A stretch of DNA of 64,000 nt, from IMG/VR virus record IMGVR_UViG_3300029720_000461; one strand, given 5' to 3'. Positions 28,591 to 39,094 of this stretch are shown here, piece by piece. Under the pieces are notes generated by a model, which searched no databases, was not told the DNA's origin, and was given only the letters and a program-made list of their open reading frames with translations. Position 1 is the first letter of the stretch; each line of letters opens with the position of its first letter. The translations under genes and the position numbers were made by a program. This stretch comes from a virus (lineage: Duplodnaviria; Heunggongvirae; Uroviricota; Caudoviricetes).

Positions 28591-29356
28591 CTATGTAAAG
28601 ATTATCCTTATTAAGCTTATACAGTTCATCCTGTATTTCTTCCCAGTTTTCACCACCAAGTCCGCAGCCTATTTCCTTTGGAATAAATACATTACGGTCT
28701 GGGAAAATATCACAGATATAATTAACAGCATTAAGAAGCTTTTTTCTGTCTGTATATATCTCATGTGTATGTTCAGGATTACCATACTTATCCTGACTGT
28801 AAATGTTAGCTACAGTTAAATTATCAGTAACCCTTACAAAATCATAGCCACCAAATAATCTGCTTGATATACCATGATTTTCTTCAAATACTTTCATATA
28901 TCTTTCACCAACAGCGGGAAATACTTTATTAATAGCTCCTGATAAACCGCCGCCGATTGCACCACGACAGTTTACCTGCTGACAGAATACACCTTCTGTA
29001 ATGCCAAAAAGGTCTTTTGTCTGTGCTGCTTTTCCCATTGCCTTTAATGCCTGTTCTGCCTGTAATTTATCTGTAAAAACTGTTGTACCTAAATTATCCT
29101 TGAAATAATCAATTTCAGACAGGGTAGTGCGTCCTGTAAGTGTTTCTTCACGGATATAGTTTTCTCCATCCGTATCAGTTAATACATGATATACGGTCTG
29201 TCCACGTTTGAATTTTTCTGCATTATCATATGCAGCCATACAGTTATCTAAGATAACCTTTGCAGTAGTAGATGCCGGTGAATCTTCACCAAACATCTTT
29301 GTTAATGCATTAAAAAAATTTTTTGTGTTTTCTTTTTGATTATTAAAATCTGTCAT
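28502..29356 (-). CDS. Macro-domain (Poa1/ADP-ribose hydrolase-like) protein
   Basis: QQVNCRGAIGGG...VANIYSQ...IPKEIGCGLGGENW. Confidence 0.8.
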   Translation of the reverse strand: MTDFNNQKENTKNFFNALTKMFGEDSPASTTAKVILDNCMAAYDNAEKFKRGQTVYHVLTDTDGENYIREETLTGRTTLSEIDYFKDNLGTTVFTDKLQAEQALKAMGKAAQTKDLFGITEGVFCQQVNCRGAIGGGLSGAINKVFPAVGERYMKVFEENHGISSRLFGGYDFVRVTDNLTVANIYSQDKYGNPEHTHEIYTDRKKLLNAVNYICDIFPDRNVFIPKEIGCGLGGENWEEIQDELYKLNKDNLYIVDTWTKALTKCQITLPPKAKAKNTIDKEM

Positions 29357-29368
29357 AATAAATCTCCT

Positions 29369-30724
29369 TTATCTTTCTAATATATTTTGCTTTTTATGTT
29401 CAGGCTGTTTATTTTCTTTAACAGTTTTTTCATGTTCTTTGACTGCTTCAGTAATATTTTCTTCCATGTTCTTATATAAAAGTACAGCTCTGTCAATCTG
29501 TACCTTTAAAGCCTCCATTGAAATATCCATATCAGTAAGAAGAGTTGCTAAAACATCCTTATGTGTTTCAAGGAATGTACTTGCCGTATGAGCAAAGGAA
29601 ATGGCAGAAGAAGCGTTTTTAATGTCAATTCTGTCCGGTAAAAACTTATTATCATTATCATTAAATACTAAGAATCCTGTACCGGTATGGTCTACATACA
29701 CAGGTTCAATTACAATAAGTTCTTTTAAAAATTCCTGTTCTTTATGATATTCTTCTGAATCATAAAGATGGGAGAGTGTTTCATCAGGGCGACCTTCCTT
29801 ATGGTTAATCTGCCTTATTATATCTTCATATAATGATTCAAAAAGCTTATCAGTAAATACATTCTTATCAGGTGCATAATTTAACATCTTCGCACCATTT
29901 TTTTTGATGCTTATAAGATTACGCTGTATTGCAAGTGTTTCAGGATTCTTGACATAATCATCAAGCCGCAATAATCTCTCTACGTTTCTTGAATTGTTTC
30001 CATAAATATTAATTACATTTTTATCATTAAGTAATTTATTTGATATCTTATTATCCGTATGTAAAATCGTGTCATAAATGATATCAGCTATTCTGTCTTT
30101 TGATACATGATATTCCGGAAATACAGTCATAAAGGTTTCAGCATATCCTTTTATTAAAGCTGTAACTATAGTGTCTTCAAGTGCATATGCAAATCCCTTT
30201 AAAAATGATGGAGTAGCTTTTTTCATGTCTAAAACATCTGCTACAGCTTTTTCTATTTCTTTATCTGTTGCAGTATGTGTCATAGGTGTTTTTTCATTAT
30301 CAGAAAGATAATTTTCAGCTTTTTCAACCTGATTAATTCTTTCAGGTTTTTCAATGTCATTAAGTCTGTCTTTAAGCTCTATAATTTCAGCTTTTAAATC
30401 ATCTCTTTCTTTTATAACCCGCAAATAGCCTTCAGAAAGGCTCTTAAAATTATCTTTTGTATGGTCAAAAAAATCATCTGATAATACAGCTATATCCCTT
30501 AGCATTGATAATTCACCCAAGCCTTGATAATACTTGGCATTTTTTATATTGCCATAGGCAAGCTCAGTATATTTTTTATTGTATTTCTGCTGTACATATA
30601 ATTTAAAATTATTGATGTCTTCATCAATTCTTTTATTCACTTCAGTAATTTTTATAATATTATTATCCATAAGTTTTCTCCTTTTAAAATTAATAAGCGT
30701 ACAAGCATAAAACATAAAAAGCAT
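29369..30724 (-). CDS. hypothetical protein
   Basis: ORF; true start probably MDNNII after AGGAG. Confidence 0.75.
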   Translation of the reverse strand: MLFMFYACTLINFKRRKLMDNNIIKITEVNKRIDEDINNFKLYVQQKYNKKYTELAYGNIKNAKYYQGLGELSMLRDIAVLSDDFFDHTKDNFKSLSEGYLRVIKERDDLKAEIIELKDRLNDIEKPERINQVEKAENYLSDNEKTPMTHTATDKEIEKAVADVLDMKKATPSFLKGFAYALEDTIVTALIKGYAETFMTVFPEYHVSKDRIADIIYDTILHTDNKISNKLLNDKNVINIYGNNSRNVERLLRLDDYVKNPETLAIQRNLISIKKNGAKMLNYAPDKNVFTDKLFESLYEDIIRQINHKEGRPDETLSHLYDSEEYHKEQEFLKELIVIEPVYVDHTGTGFLVFNDNDNKFLPDRIDIKNASSAISFAHTASTFLETHKDVLATLLTDMDISMEALKVQIDRAVLLYKNMEENITEAVKEHEKTVKENKQPEHKKQNILER

Positions 30725-30772
30725 AACTTGATAGACTTATATGCTTATATAATCCTTATACGCTTATTTATT

Positions 30773-31777
30773 TTAAGCAATTGTTTTCTCCGCTTCCTTG
30801 TTTCTTGCTTTTGGTCTTTCATATACTTCATCATCCTGCTTATAGATATAAAAATCATCCTGTTCAATTTCTACACCATCCCAGCCTGCAAGATTACTTC
30901 CTCTGCCGTCTTCTTCAATGATATAATCAACAAGTCCATCCATATCTATTTTAGCCAGACCATTATCAAGAAGATAACCTATTGTTTTCTTACCAAATTC
31001 ATCCAAGTACCAGTCAAGTGAATTATCCCAGTCTGCCATTTTTGTCTGTACGGCTTTATCTATAAGGTTGTCCTTATTCTTTTCATAGTTTTCATACCAT
31101 TCTGTAAAATCCCAGTCTTCAAGTTCAAGCTGTGTTTCGTCAAGTTCAGCAGTCAGGCGGTTCTTTTCATCTTCAAGGTCACTTAAATCATCTTCAAGCT
31201 TTTCCTTATATGGACTGTCTTCTTCTTTAGCAATTTTTTCTTCAAGTTTTTTGATATCATACTTTACATCACCTAATTCAGAATTAATGTCATCAATTTT
31301 TTCATTAAGGTCAAGATATCTTTGCATATCATTCTTAAAGAAACCATCTACTTCAGCAAGTTCCTGCTGCAATCTATCACTAAAAATGCTGTACAAATGG
31401 TCTGTCTCAGATTCAATATCTGTGAAATATTCATAGAAATCTTCTTCCATATATTCATCAAGACTGTCTGTAGGCTCAATGAAATTATCCCTTATGTAAA
31501 TTTGAGCATTAGGAGTGAAGCTTTCCAATCCTAAATCATCCCATAAATCATTAATTCTCTGATAAGCTGCATCATAGCTTTCTGAATCCGTAAGTACATT
31601 ATATGTACCAAATGGAGTATGATATAAAGCACCTGATTTTGAATACGGCTGTTCTTCAATCTTAATATTCTTTTTTTTAAGTTTTGTACCATTTTCTTCA
31701 TTTAGATAATCAAGTAATGCCTGTATTTTTTCATTTGTTGTTTCTGCATCAATGTTTGTAGTAATCATAATAATCAC
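30773..31777 (-). CDS. acidic phage-like protein with coiled coil
   Basis: DGRG..LAGWDG.E motif; strongly acidic. Confidence 0.7.
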   Translation of the reverse strand: MIIMITTNIDAETTNEKIQALLDYLNEENGTKLKKKNIKIEEQPYSKSGALYHTPFGTYNVLTDSESYDAAYQRINDLWDDLGLESFTPNAQIYIRDNFIEPTDSLDEYMEEDFYEYFTDIESETDHLYSIFSDRLQQELAEVDGFFKNDMQRYLDLNEKIDDINSELGDVKYDIKKLEEKIAKEEDSPYKEKLEDDLSDLEDEKNRLTAELDETQLELEDWDFTEWYENYEKNKDNLIDKAVQTKMADWDNSLDWYLDEFGKKTIGYLLDNGLAKIDMDGLVDYIIEEDGRGSNLAGWDGVEIEQDDFYIYKQDDEVYERPKARNKEAEKTIA

Positions 31778-32547
31778 CTCTCATAATCCTTTACTTTTTT
31801 CTTTTCCTGTTCTTTAGATTCCTTGGCATAATAACTTGCCCTGAAGTCATCATCAATCTGTCTGTCATCCCTGTTCCACTGAATACCTTTATACAGACAG
31901 TCTTTAATCATGGTTACATCCTCTTCAAGGAATGCATCCAAAAAAGGTCGTCCACAAATTTCAATATCATAAATTCGTTTACCAAGAGGCTGAATTGCTT
32001 TTTCTTTTTCATAGCTTCGTATATTCTGAAATTCAAGACTTGGGGAATTAATCGAATTAACAGCCTTCACAGGTATACCACCGGCTTTTTCCCAGCTCTT
32101 TAAGTTAGGGTTATAATCATCTATAAGCATTGATATATCTGCATTATCCTTAACAAACTTAGTCTTATCCGCACCAAGAGGGCAGAAGAAGATATTTTCA
32201 TCTTTGATATAAGGCATCCACTGTTTAATCCATTCATATTTATCTTTAATAGTAGATAAGGCAGCACTGCTTAAAATGCAGACATCTTCAGTTTTACTTA
32301 ATTCCTTTGCCAGTAAAATCATATATGTATGTGGCTCTAAATTCCAAAAATAATGTAAATCAGGGTCAAACATCTGCTCATATGTACACCCACGACCATC
32401 CTTATAAAAGTAGGCAAGAGTACCATCCATATCTATGTAAATACTAGGAGTATCCTTTTTCCCATAACTGATAGCAGTTGTTTTATTCCATGTTTTTTCA
32501 GATAATGCATTCTCTTTAATTCTGTTTAAAATATTATTAACGTCCAT
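31774..32547 (-). CDS. HAD-family 5'(3')-deoxyribonucleotidase (NT5C-like)
   Basis: YIDMDGTLA, ILSSA, LIDDY..NL..WE.AGG. Confidence 0.8.
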   Translation of the reverse strand: MDVNNILNRIKENALSEKTWNKTTAISYGKKDTPSIYIDMDGTLAYFYKDGRGCTYEQMFDPDLHYFWNLEPHTYMILLAKELSKTEDVCILSSAALSTIKDKYEWIKQWMPYIKDENIFFCPLGADKTKFVKDNADISMLIDDYNPNLKSWEKAGGIPVKAVNSINSPSLEFQNIRSYEKEKAIQPLGKRIYDIEICGRPFLDAFLEEDVTMIKDCLYKGIQWNRDDRQIDDDFRASYYAKESKEQEKKKVKDYER

Positions 32548-33175
32548 ATGTTTCTCTCTCCTTATTCTTAAATGGTTTTAATTCAGCTGTTAAATCAGTA
32601 ATATCATTAATCAGCCAGTTATCTGCTAATCTCTGACAGTCTAAATTAACAAGTTTAAAAACTTCTTCTTTTGTAAGTACTTCTTTAATGTTCTTTACCA
32701 TTTCCTGCTTGGATGAATATGCATAAGTAAGAAGCAGCTTTTTTTCATCATAATTAAGTTCACTATTCATAACTCCTAAAAACTCATATGCAAAAGCAGT
32801 TCCAAATGCATGATTTTCTAACCCATCTGCAACAGTATCAGGATAAAGGTCAGAAGAATTAAGAATTTTAATGTAATTCTTAGCTGCCAGTGACAATATG
32901 TCTGTTATATTTTCATAAGTCTTTGCGTCTTTTAAGAATGTATCATAACGTACTTTGCCATCATTAGAATGGGGCAGGCATCTTATAAAATCATTCAGAG
33001 TAGTAAAAGAAAACTGATATTTTGCATACTGTGTAATATCATTTAGTGTTCCAAGAGGTATAATATTAATAGCCTCCGTTATAGATTCCTGTGTCATTTC
33101 TCTTAAATCGAGAAACAGTTCTCTTAAACAGTTATCTCTTTTGTTTAAATATTCTTTAATCATAGTTTTATCCAC
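32537..33175 (-). CDS. hypothetical protein
   Basis: ORF. Confidence 0.7.
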   Translation of the reverse strand: MDKTMIKEYLNKRDNCLRELFLDLREMTQESITEAINIIPLGTLNDITQYAKYQFSFTTLNDFIRCLPHSNDGKVRYDTFLKDAKTYENITDILSLAAKNYIKILNSSDLYPDTVADGLENHAFGTAFAYEFLGVMNSELNYDEKKLLLTYAYSSKQEMVKNIKEVLTKEEVFKLVNLDCQRLADNWLINDITDLTAELKPFKNKERETYGR

Positions 33176-33185
33176 CTTTCATTTT

Positions 33186-34301
33186 TTAATTTGCCCTGTC
33201 AAAAGACTGTTTAACAGCTTTTGTCGTTTTTGCTTTAATAAAAGGAATACCTTTGTCCTTTTTTTCAAATGCATCATTTAATCCTTTATAGCCATCTTTA
33301 AAGAAGCTGTCTAAATTAACAGATAATACTCTGTGGATATCAATATACTTTTCATCCGGATTTAATTTATTGCTGTCATATGCCGGTTCTGATATGGCTG
33401 TTTCATATGATGCTTCAAGAAGAGTGGAAGGCTCATCAATATGTAAAATTTCACTCATCATTTTTGTATCAGACAAATCATTAATGGAAATCACATTATC
33501 ATAATCTAATAATGCAGATATTTTTGACCCGCCATCTTCATCAGGAACTAAGAAAGGCAAAGAAAAATCCATAGAAGGAGCTTTAACATACATATAACTG
33601 TAATTATTTATAATTTCCTGAGCATAATTTTCCAAATCACTAAAATCAAAACCAAAACACTTATCATCAACGGTATAATTTTCCGGTATGCCTTCATCAC
33701 GGACAGTATAAGAGTGTTTATTAATATCATCCGCTTCTAAAAATCCGTCATTCTTGAATTTTTTATAACTAACGGTAAATAAATAATCAGCTTTATCCAC
33801 GCATTCCCTATATTCAATCTGTGCTATAAGTGTTTGTGTAAGCTTAGATGAAAGTGAACTGTCTGCTAATTCTTTAATGTGTTTAAAATCCATAAAAAGA
33901 CCATTGCCATATACTTTCATAAGTTCTTCGTTTGTAAGCCGTACCGAATCATTAAGGGCATTAGCATAAACCTTTAAAATAGAAATAAACATTTCTTCAT
34001 CTGCTTTATTAAGTTTATCCTTTAAAACTTTTTCACCTGTAACTCTTTTAAGTGCATCTTTAAATTCAGGGCATTTTAATCTTTTTATAGATTCATCTGC
34101 TTCTTTGATTATTTTTTCACCAAACAATTTATAAAATACCTTTTCATTTCTGATTTCAGATAAATTTCCCCATACTTTATCCTTACGGGCTAATTTCATA
34201 CATTCATTCAAATCATTTATACGCTGATAATAGTTTTGTTTTATAATTTCATAATTCTTGGCAAATCCTGCCGGTAAATCGTATCCACTCATGTCTTTCA
34301 C
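33186..34301 (-). CDS. hypothetical protein
   Basis: ORF. Confidence 0.75.
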   Translation of the reverse strand: MKDMSGYDLPAGFAKNYEIIKQNYYQRINDLNECMKLARKDKVWGNLSEIRNEKVFYKLFGEKIIKEADESIKRLKCPEFKDALKRVTGEKVLKDKLNKADEEMFISILKVYANALNDSVRLTNEELMKVYGNGLFMDFKHIKELADSSLSSKLTQTLIAQIEYRECVDKADYLFTVSYKKFKNDGFLEADDINKHSYTVRDEGIPENYTVDDKCFGFDFSDLENYAQEIINNYSYMYVKAPSMDFSLPFLVPDEDGGSKISALLDYDNVISINDLSDTKMMSEILHIDEPSTLLEASYETAISEPAYDSNKLNPDEKYIDIHRVLSVNLDSFFKDGYKGLNDAFEKKDKGIPFIKAKTTKAVKQSFDRAN

Positions 34302-34429
34302 CTCTGTTTTTTATTCATTAATGAAATTATAGTAAAAGACATAAAAATAACTGCTGTAAAAAAGTCCTTTTACAACAGCTATCTGAATATTTTTGTTTTT
34401 TTAATTGTATTTTGCATACAGAATACTGT

Positions 34430-34948
34430 TTAATAAATAAACAGAAAACATCCAATACCTATACATAGTGCCAGTACCACATTAATCCAAGTAAAAATAA
34501 CGCTTTCTTTACTTCCACTGTATATTTTGCCAAGATGTAAATGCTTTGCTCCTAACATAAAAGGCACACCTGCCGGATTAAACATATCCAAGAATACATG
34601 TGTCAGGCATCCTATAAATAAGCCTGTAAGTGGCTTCATAAAAAGATAGGATAAAACAAGTCCTAAAATATAAATGAAAGGGTCGTGAAAGATTCCACGG
34701 TGATTTTTTCCTTTTTTCCCAAAGCCTTCACTAATCTTTGCAATGCATGTTGATACCGGAACAGATAATTTTCCCATGTAACTGTTTGGATTATCTATAT
34801 CCGGAAATATTCCACCTATAAGTCCACCAAGAATTAACAGGGCAGCAGTAGTACTGTTGTTTTCCATACCTAAAGGCAGCTTATCAATATTAAGTGCAAG
34901 CATTCCTGTTACCGCACCTGCATAAATAAAATGACAGTTTCCATTCAT
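34430..34948 (-). CDS. YdjM-like membrane-bound metal-dependent hydrolase
   Basis: H...FPDID...HRGIFHD...HVFLD.FNP.GVP plus TM segments. Confidence 0.85.
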   Translation of the reverse strand: MNGNCHFIYAGAVTGMLALNIDKLPLGMENNSTTAALLILGGLIGGIFPDIDNPNSYMGKLSVPVSTCIAKISEGFGKKGKNHRGIFHDPFIYILGLVLSYLFMKPLTGLFIGCLTHVFLDMFNPAGVPFMLGAKHLHLGKIYSGSKESVIFTWINVVLALCIGIGCFLFIY

Positions 34949-35019
34949 AATTTTTCCTTTCTTAAAATAAAAACAGGACTTGAATTACAAGCCCTGTTCC
35001 TACTGATATTATTGCATTT

Positions 35020-35211
35020 TTATACTGTTTCATAACAGTTCTGTGGACAGATATTATTAAGCTTTTTAATAATTCCATCCGGCTTTTTATAATTACATGC
35101 TTCGTCATAATCAGGTGTATTTTCAAACCATGTATTTTCAATTCCGCCTGTATGAATTTTCTTTACATAGCCTGTATCTCCACTGATTTTGTTTGTCCAC
35201 TTAATTTTCAT
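35020..35211 (-). CDS. hypothetical protein
   Basis: Coupled ORF. Confidence 0.6.
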   Translation of the reverse strand: MKIKWTNKISGDTGYVKKIHTGGIENTWFENTPDYDEACNYKKPDGIIKKLNNICPQNCYETV

Positions 35212-35396
35212 TATTTAGTTTCTCCAGTAACGCCCGCAGATGCAGCTTCCTTAATTGTATTATCATAATTAATGTCACTAACTGCTGATGTGGTCTTGCT
35301 TGAAATCTTTTTTGTCACGAAAACAAGTATAGTAACTGCTGCTGCAATAGCTCCTAATGCAATAATAGCTTTACCGTAATGCTCAATAATTTCCAT
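35211..35396 (-). CDS. small single-TM (pilin-like) protein
   Basis: EHYG + hydrophobic helix; AAGGAG RBS. Confidence 0.55.
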   Translation of the reverse strand: MEIIEHYGKAIIALGAIAAAVTILVFVTKKISSKTTSAVSDINYDNTIKEAASAGVTGETK

Positions 35397-35441
35397 TGTA
35401 TTTTCTCCTTTAAAAATAGGTTTATCTGTTTACATTTTATG

Positions 35442-35456
35442 TATGTTACAAATTTG
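35442..35456 (-). promoter_or_regulatory. Shared CAAATTKGTAACATA motif, copy 1
   Basis: 45 nt upstream of ATG 35396. Confidence 0.65.
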
Positions 35457-35670
35457 CTTTATGATATTTACCTTTGGTAAATCTAATAAAACAAACTTTC
35501 GTAATTCACTTCACTTTTTAGGAAACAAAGCAAATATTACTTCACTTCTTTATGTTTTTTATAAAATCAAAAACATAATCACATTCATTCGTCAGGTATG
35601 TGAGATATAAAAAGGCATAATTACAATATTTAATCTGATACATGCTGATATACTGAAGCTATAAGAAAGG

Positions 35671-35955
35671 GTGAGAAAAATGACAGATATAATAAGAAAA
35701 GATGGAATAATAATAATTACAATAGAAAATCCTACAAGATTTGAAAATGAACTTATAAATGAATTTGAAAAAAGAAGTCAGGTTAAGGATGAAATAGAAA
35801 AACAGTGGGCTACATTCCAATGTCCTGAAAATGCTGTTAAGGCACAATCGGATAATAATGAAACTAACGGGCAGGTATCCATGTTTACGGATAATGAAGA
35901 AAATCCATTCTTAAAGGCTGATTATACGGATGATGAAGAGTTACCGTTTGATTAA
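35671..35955 (+). CDS. hypothetical protein with SSB-like acidic tail (DDEELPFD)
   Basis: C-terminal motif. Confidence 0.6.
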   Translation: MRKMTDIIRKDGIIIITIENPTRFENELINEFEKRSQVKDEIEKQWATFQCPENAVKAQSDNNETNGQVSMFTDNEENPFLKADYTDDEELPFD

Positions 35956-35974
35956 AAAATAAGGAGAGTTAAGT

Positions 35975-36358
35975 ATGTTATCACAGAAACAAAAATCTAT
36001 AAAAAATACAATTGTTTATTTATTTTTTATGCTGCTTACCATAATTGCGGCTGTTATATCGGATAATACACATTATTTAAAATTGACAGCAGTTTTTATG
36101 ATTATTGCTGCTTATTATATTTACCGCCTTATAAGGAAAAAGGATAGTACGGAAAAACCAAAAGATAAGTTAAAAAAACAGCTTAAAAAAACTGAGATAG
36201 GTAAAAAAACACTTGAAAAAATAGAAGAAAACAGTGCTAAGAAAAAAATATCAGAGAAAAAAATAAGAAAAACTGCATATAAGGATTACATAGCTTCAGT
36301 TGAAGATGAATTTTCAGACGATATTTTTTTGGATGCCTATAATAAAGAAGATGAATAA
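35975..36358 (+). CDS. two-TM membrane protein
   Basis: Two hydrophobic helices. Confidence 0.7.
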   Translation: MLSQKQKSIKNTIVYLFFMLLTIIAAVISDNTHYLKLTAVFMIIAAYYIYRLIRKKDSTEKPKDKLKKQLKKTEIGKKTLEKIEENSAKKKISEKKIRKTAYKDYIASVEDEFSDDIFLDAYNKEDE

Positions 36359-36484
36359 TAATGAAAACAAACCGGTGCTTTATGTGCCGGTTATTTTAAT
36401 TAGTCTTTTTTATAATAAATAAAATTATCAGACTGATACAATTATTTCATATTAATAATTAATAAAAAAAGAAGGGAATATAAT

Positions 36485-38641
36485 ATGGATATATTTATTA
36501 CAGAAAAACCCAGTGTAGCAATGACATATGCCAAGGCACTTAAAGTTAAGGGAACTAAAAATGACGGATATCTGGAAGGATATTCACCTGTACTTGGAAA
36601 AGATATTCAGATTACATGGGCTGTAGGGCATTTAATTACACTAGGAAATGTAGATGAACAGCGTGAAGGAAAAAAGATAACAGATAAAGATTTTAAGCCT
36701 GCAAGATGGAGCAAAGATACATTACCAATTATCCCACAAAGCTATGTTTATAAAGAAAATCCAACAACATATAAACAGTTTAATGTTGTCAAGAAGCTTT
36801 ATAAAGCCAAGGATGTTGATACCATTTATTATGCCGGTGATAGTGGAAGAGAAGGTATTTATATACAGGCTCTTATCCGTAATCAGATTTTTAATAAGAA
36901 GTTTGATGATTTAACCACTCCTTCCAATGTAAAAAATGAAAAAGTAGTATGGATAGATTCCCAGACTGATGAAACAATCATAAACGGAATAAAGACAGCA
37001 AAGCCTTATAGTGCTTATAAAGATATGATAGCAAGCGGATATAAACGTGCTATTGCAGACTGGCTTATAGGAATGAATTTTACGCAGGGCTTTACTCTTA
37101 CCAGTGGTGGGCTTATTGTAGTCGGCAGGGTTATGACACCTACACTGGCAATGATTGTTAAAAGGCAGAAAGAAATAGATGAGTTTGTAAAGACTAATTA
37201 TTACGGTATTAAATCAGGTAATGCTAAATGGAGAGCTGTGGAAGGAAGCAGATTCTTTGATTCCCCGGCTTTATACAATGATACAGGATTCCTTAAAAAA
37301 GCGGATGCAGAAGACTTACAGGCAGAATTTAAAAAGTCAGGTACACTTACGGTAGAAGATGTAAAAACTACAAAGAAAACAGAGTATGCACCATTACTTT
37401 TCAACCTTGCTGATTTACAGAATCTTTGTTCAAAAACACTTCATATAAGTCCAGACCAGACATTAGCTGTTTTACAGTCATTATATGAAAAGAAATTTAC
37501 CACATATCCAAGAACAGATGCAAGAGTATTATCAAGTGCCGTAGCAGCAGAAATTAAAGCTAAAACAGGTAAGACAGTTCCTAAGAAGTATGTAGATGAC
37601 AGCAAGATTACAGACCATTATGCATTAGTACCTACAGATTATTGTACAGGCAGTCATAATCCAGCTTCTTTATCATCTATTGAAAAGACCGTATATGAGT
37701 TTGTATGTAATAGATTTAAAGCTGTCTTTATGCCACCATATACATATGATTCAATTGCAATTACCTATACAGCTCCTAATGGGGAAAAACTGTTTGAAAC
37801 AAGAAAACATGTGACTGATTTAGGCTTCAAGGCTTTGTATGGTGAAAAAGATGATTCTGATAACCTTCCGGCAGTAGCTAAGGGGCAGATTATTACTGAT
37901 GCTCCATTTGAAGTAAATGCAATGGAGACTACACCACCGTCATATTATAATACCGGTTCACTTATACTTGCTATGGAAAAGGCAGGCAAGCTCATAGAAG
38001 ATGAAGAATTAAGGGAACAGATTAAGACATGCGGTATAGGCACATCTGCTACAAGAGGCGATATTATAAAGAAACTGGCGGAAAGAGAATATATAAAGAT
38101 AGACAAAAACCAGAAGGTAACACCTACAGAGGCAGGTAAACAGATTATTCCTGTAATAGCAGCTTTTGATAATCAGCTTGTCAGTCCGGAAAAGACCGCA
38201 TTTTTGGAAGAAAAGTTATCAGATATTGCAGAAGGCAGATTAAGTCCACAGGATTTTGATACATATATTGATGATTATGTAAAAGATACGGTTAAGAATG
38301 TATTAAATAATGTAGAAAAGTCTGAAATACATTTTAATAAGGCTGGTAAATCAACTAAAAAACATAACTGCCCGTGCTGCAATAAGGCATTATCTGAAAG
38401 CAAGTTCGGATGGTATTGTAATCCTAAGAAAGACGGATGTGGTTTTTCACTGAATTTCAATGTATTTGAACATAAGATGAAAGAAAGTGATTTGGAAGAC
38501 CTTATAAATAAGGGTAAGACTAAAGCTTATACATTTACATGGAAGTCCGGGAATAAGTCTAAAGCCAGACTTATTCTTGATAAAGACAATCATAAGACAG
38601 GATTTGAGTTTGTAAATGAAAAAACTTATTCAAAAGGATAA
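36485..38641 (+). CDS. topB: DNA topoisomerase III (type IA)
   Basis: ITEKPSVA, DSGREG, GRVMTPTL, TYPRTD, GIGTSATR, C-terminal Zn ribbon. Confidence 0.93.
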   Translation: MDIFITEKPSVAMTYAKALKVKGTKNDGYLEGYSPVLGKDIQITWAVGHLITLGNVDEQREGKKITDKDFKPARWSKDTLPIIPQSYVYKENPTTYKQFNVVKKLYKAKDVDTIYYAGDSGREGIYIQALIRNQIFNKKFDDLTTPSNVKNEKVVWIDSQTDETIINGIKTAKPYSAYKDMIASGYKRAIADWLIGMNFTQGFTLTSGGLIVVGRVMTPTLAMIVKRQKEIDEFVKTNYYGIKSGNAKWRAVEGSRFFDSPALYNDTGFLKKADAEDLQAEFKKSGTLTVEDVKTTKKTEYAPLLFNLADLQNLCSKTLHISPDQTLAVLQSLYEKKFTTYPRTDARVLSSAVAAEIKAKTGKTVPKKYVDDSKITDHYALVPTDYCTGSHNPASLSSIEKTVYEFVCNRFKAVFMPPYTYDSIAITYTAPNGEKLFETRKHVTDLGFKALYGEKDDSDNLPAVAKGQIITDAPFEVNAMETTPPSYYNTGSLILAMEKAGKLIEDEELREQIKTCGIGTSATRGDIIKKLAEREYIKIDKNQKVTPTEAGKQIIPVIAAFDNQLVSPEKTAFLEEKLSDIAEGRLSPQDFDTYIDDYVKDTVKNVLNNVEKSEIHFNKAGKSTKKHNCPCCNKALSESKFGWYCNPKKDGCGFSLNFNVFEHKMKESDLEDLINKGKTKAYTFTWKSGNKSKARLILDKDNHKTGFEFVNEKTYSKG

Positions 38642-38734
38642 AAAGGCTTAATGTCAATAAATTAAAATAACAAATTTTATAAAATAAGGTTGTATGAAAC
38701 AGATGTCAAAAAGTTTTATATAACCTTATTTTGA

Positions 38735-39058
38735 TTGGAGATTATTATGAAAGATTTACATGCAAACGGACAGACAAAATTAAAGCTTATCAGACTTACG
38801 GTACTGGCTGATAAATTTAATAAGGTTCAGAATGTTATTAAGAGCATTGCTGTAATTAAAAAAGATGAGAAATTAGCAGTATGCATTTATACGCCTTATG
38901 ACTGCTCAAATAATACTCTTTTTAATTTTTATGGAAACATTGAAAAAACAGTTGGGGATGTATGTGATATTTTCCTTTACAATGACTTGAATGAGGATAT
39001 GAAAGAAACATTTGATACTGACGGAACAGTGATTTTTGAAACTATGGATGAAAAATAA
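38735..39058 (+). CDS. hypothetical protein, possibly a very degenerate MNT partner of the HEPN protein
   Basis: Size, position and ..DGTVIFE C-terminus. Confidence 0.45.
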   Translation: MEIIMKDLHANGQTKLKLIRLTVLADKFNKVQNVIKSIAVIKKDEKLAVCIYTPYDCSNNTLFNFYGNIEKTVGDVCDIFLYNDLNEDMKETFDTDGTVIFETMDEK

Positions 39059-39094
39059 ACAGTTTTACTCTAAAATTATCTACATTTTTATGAG

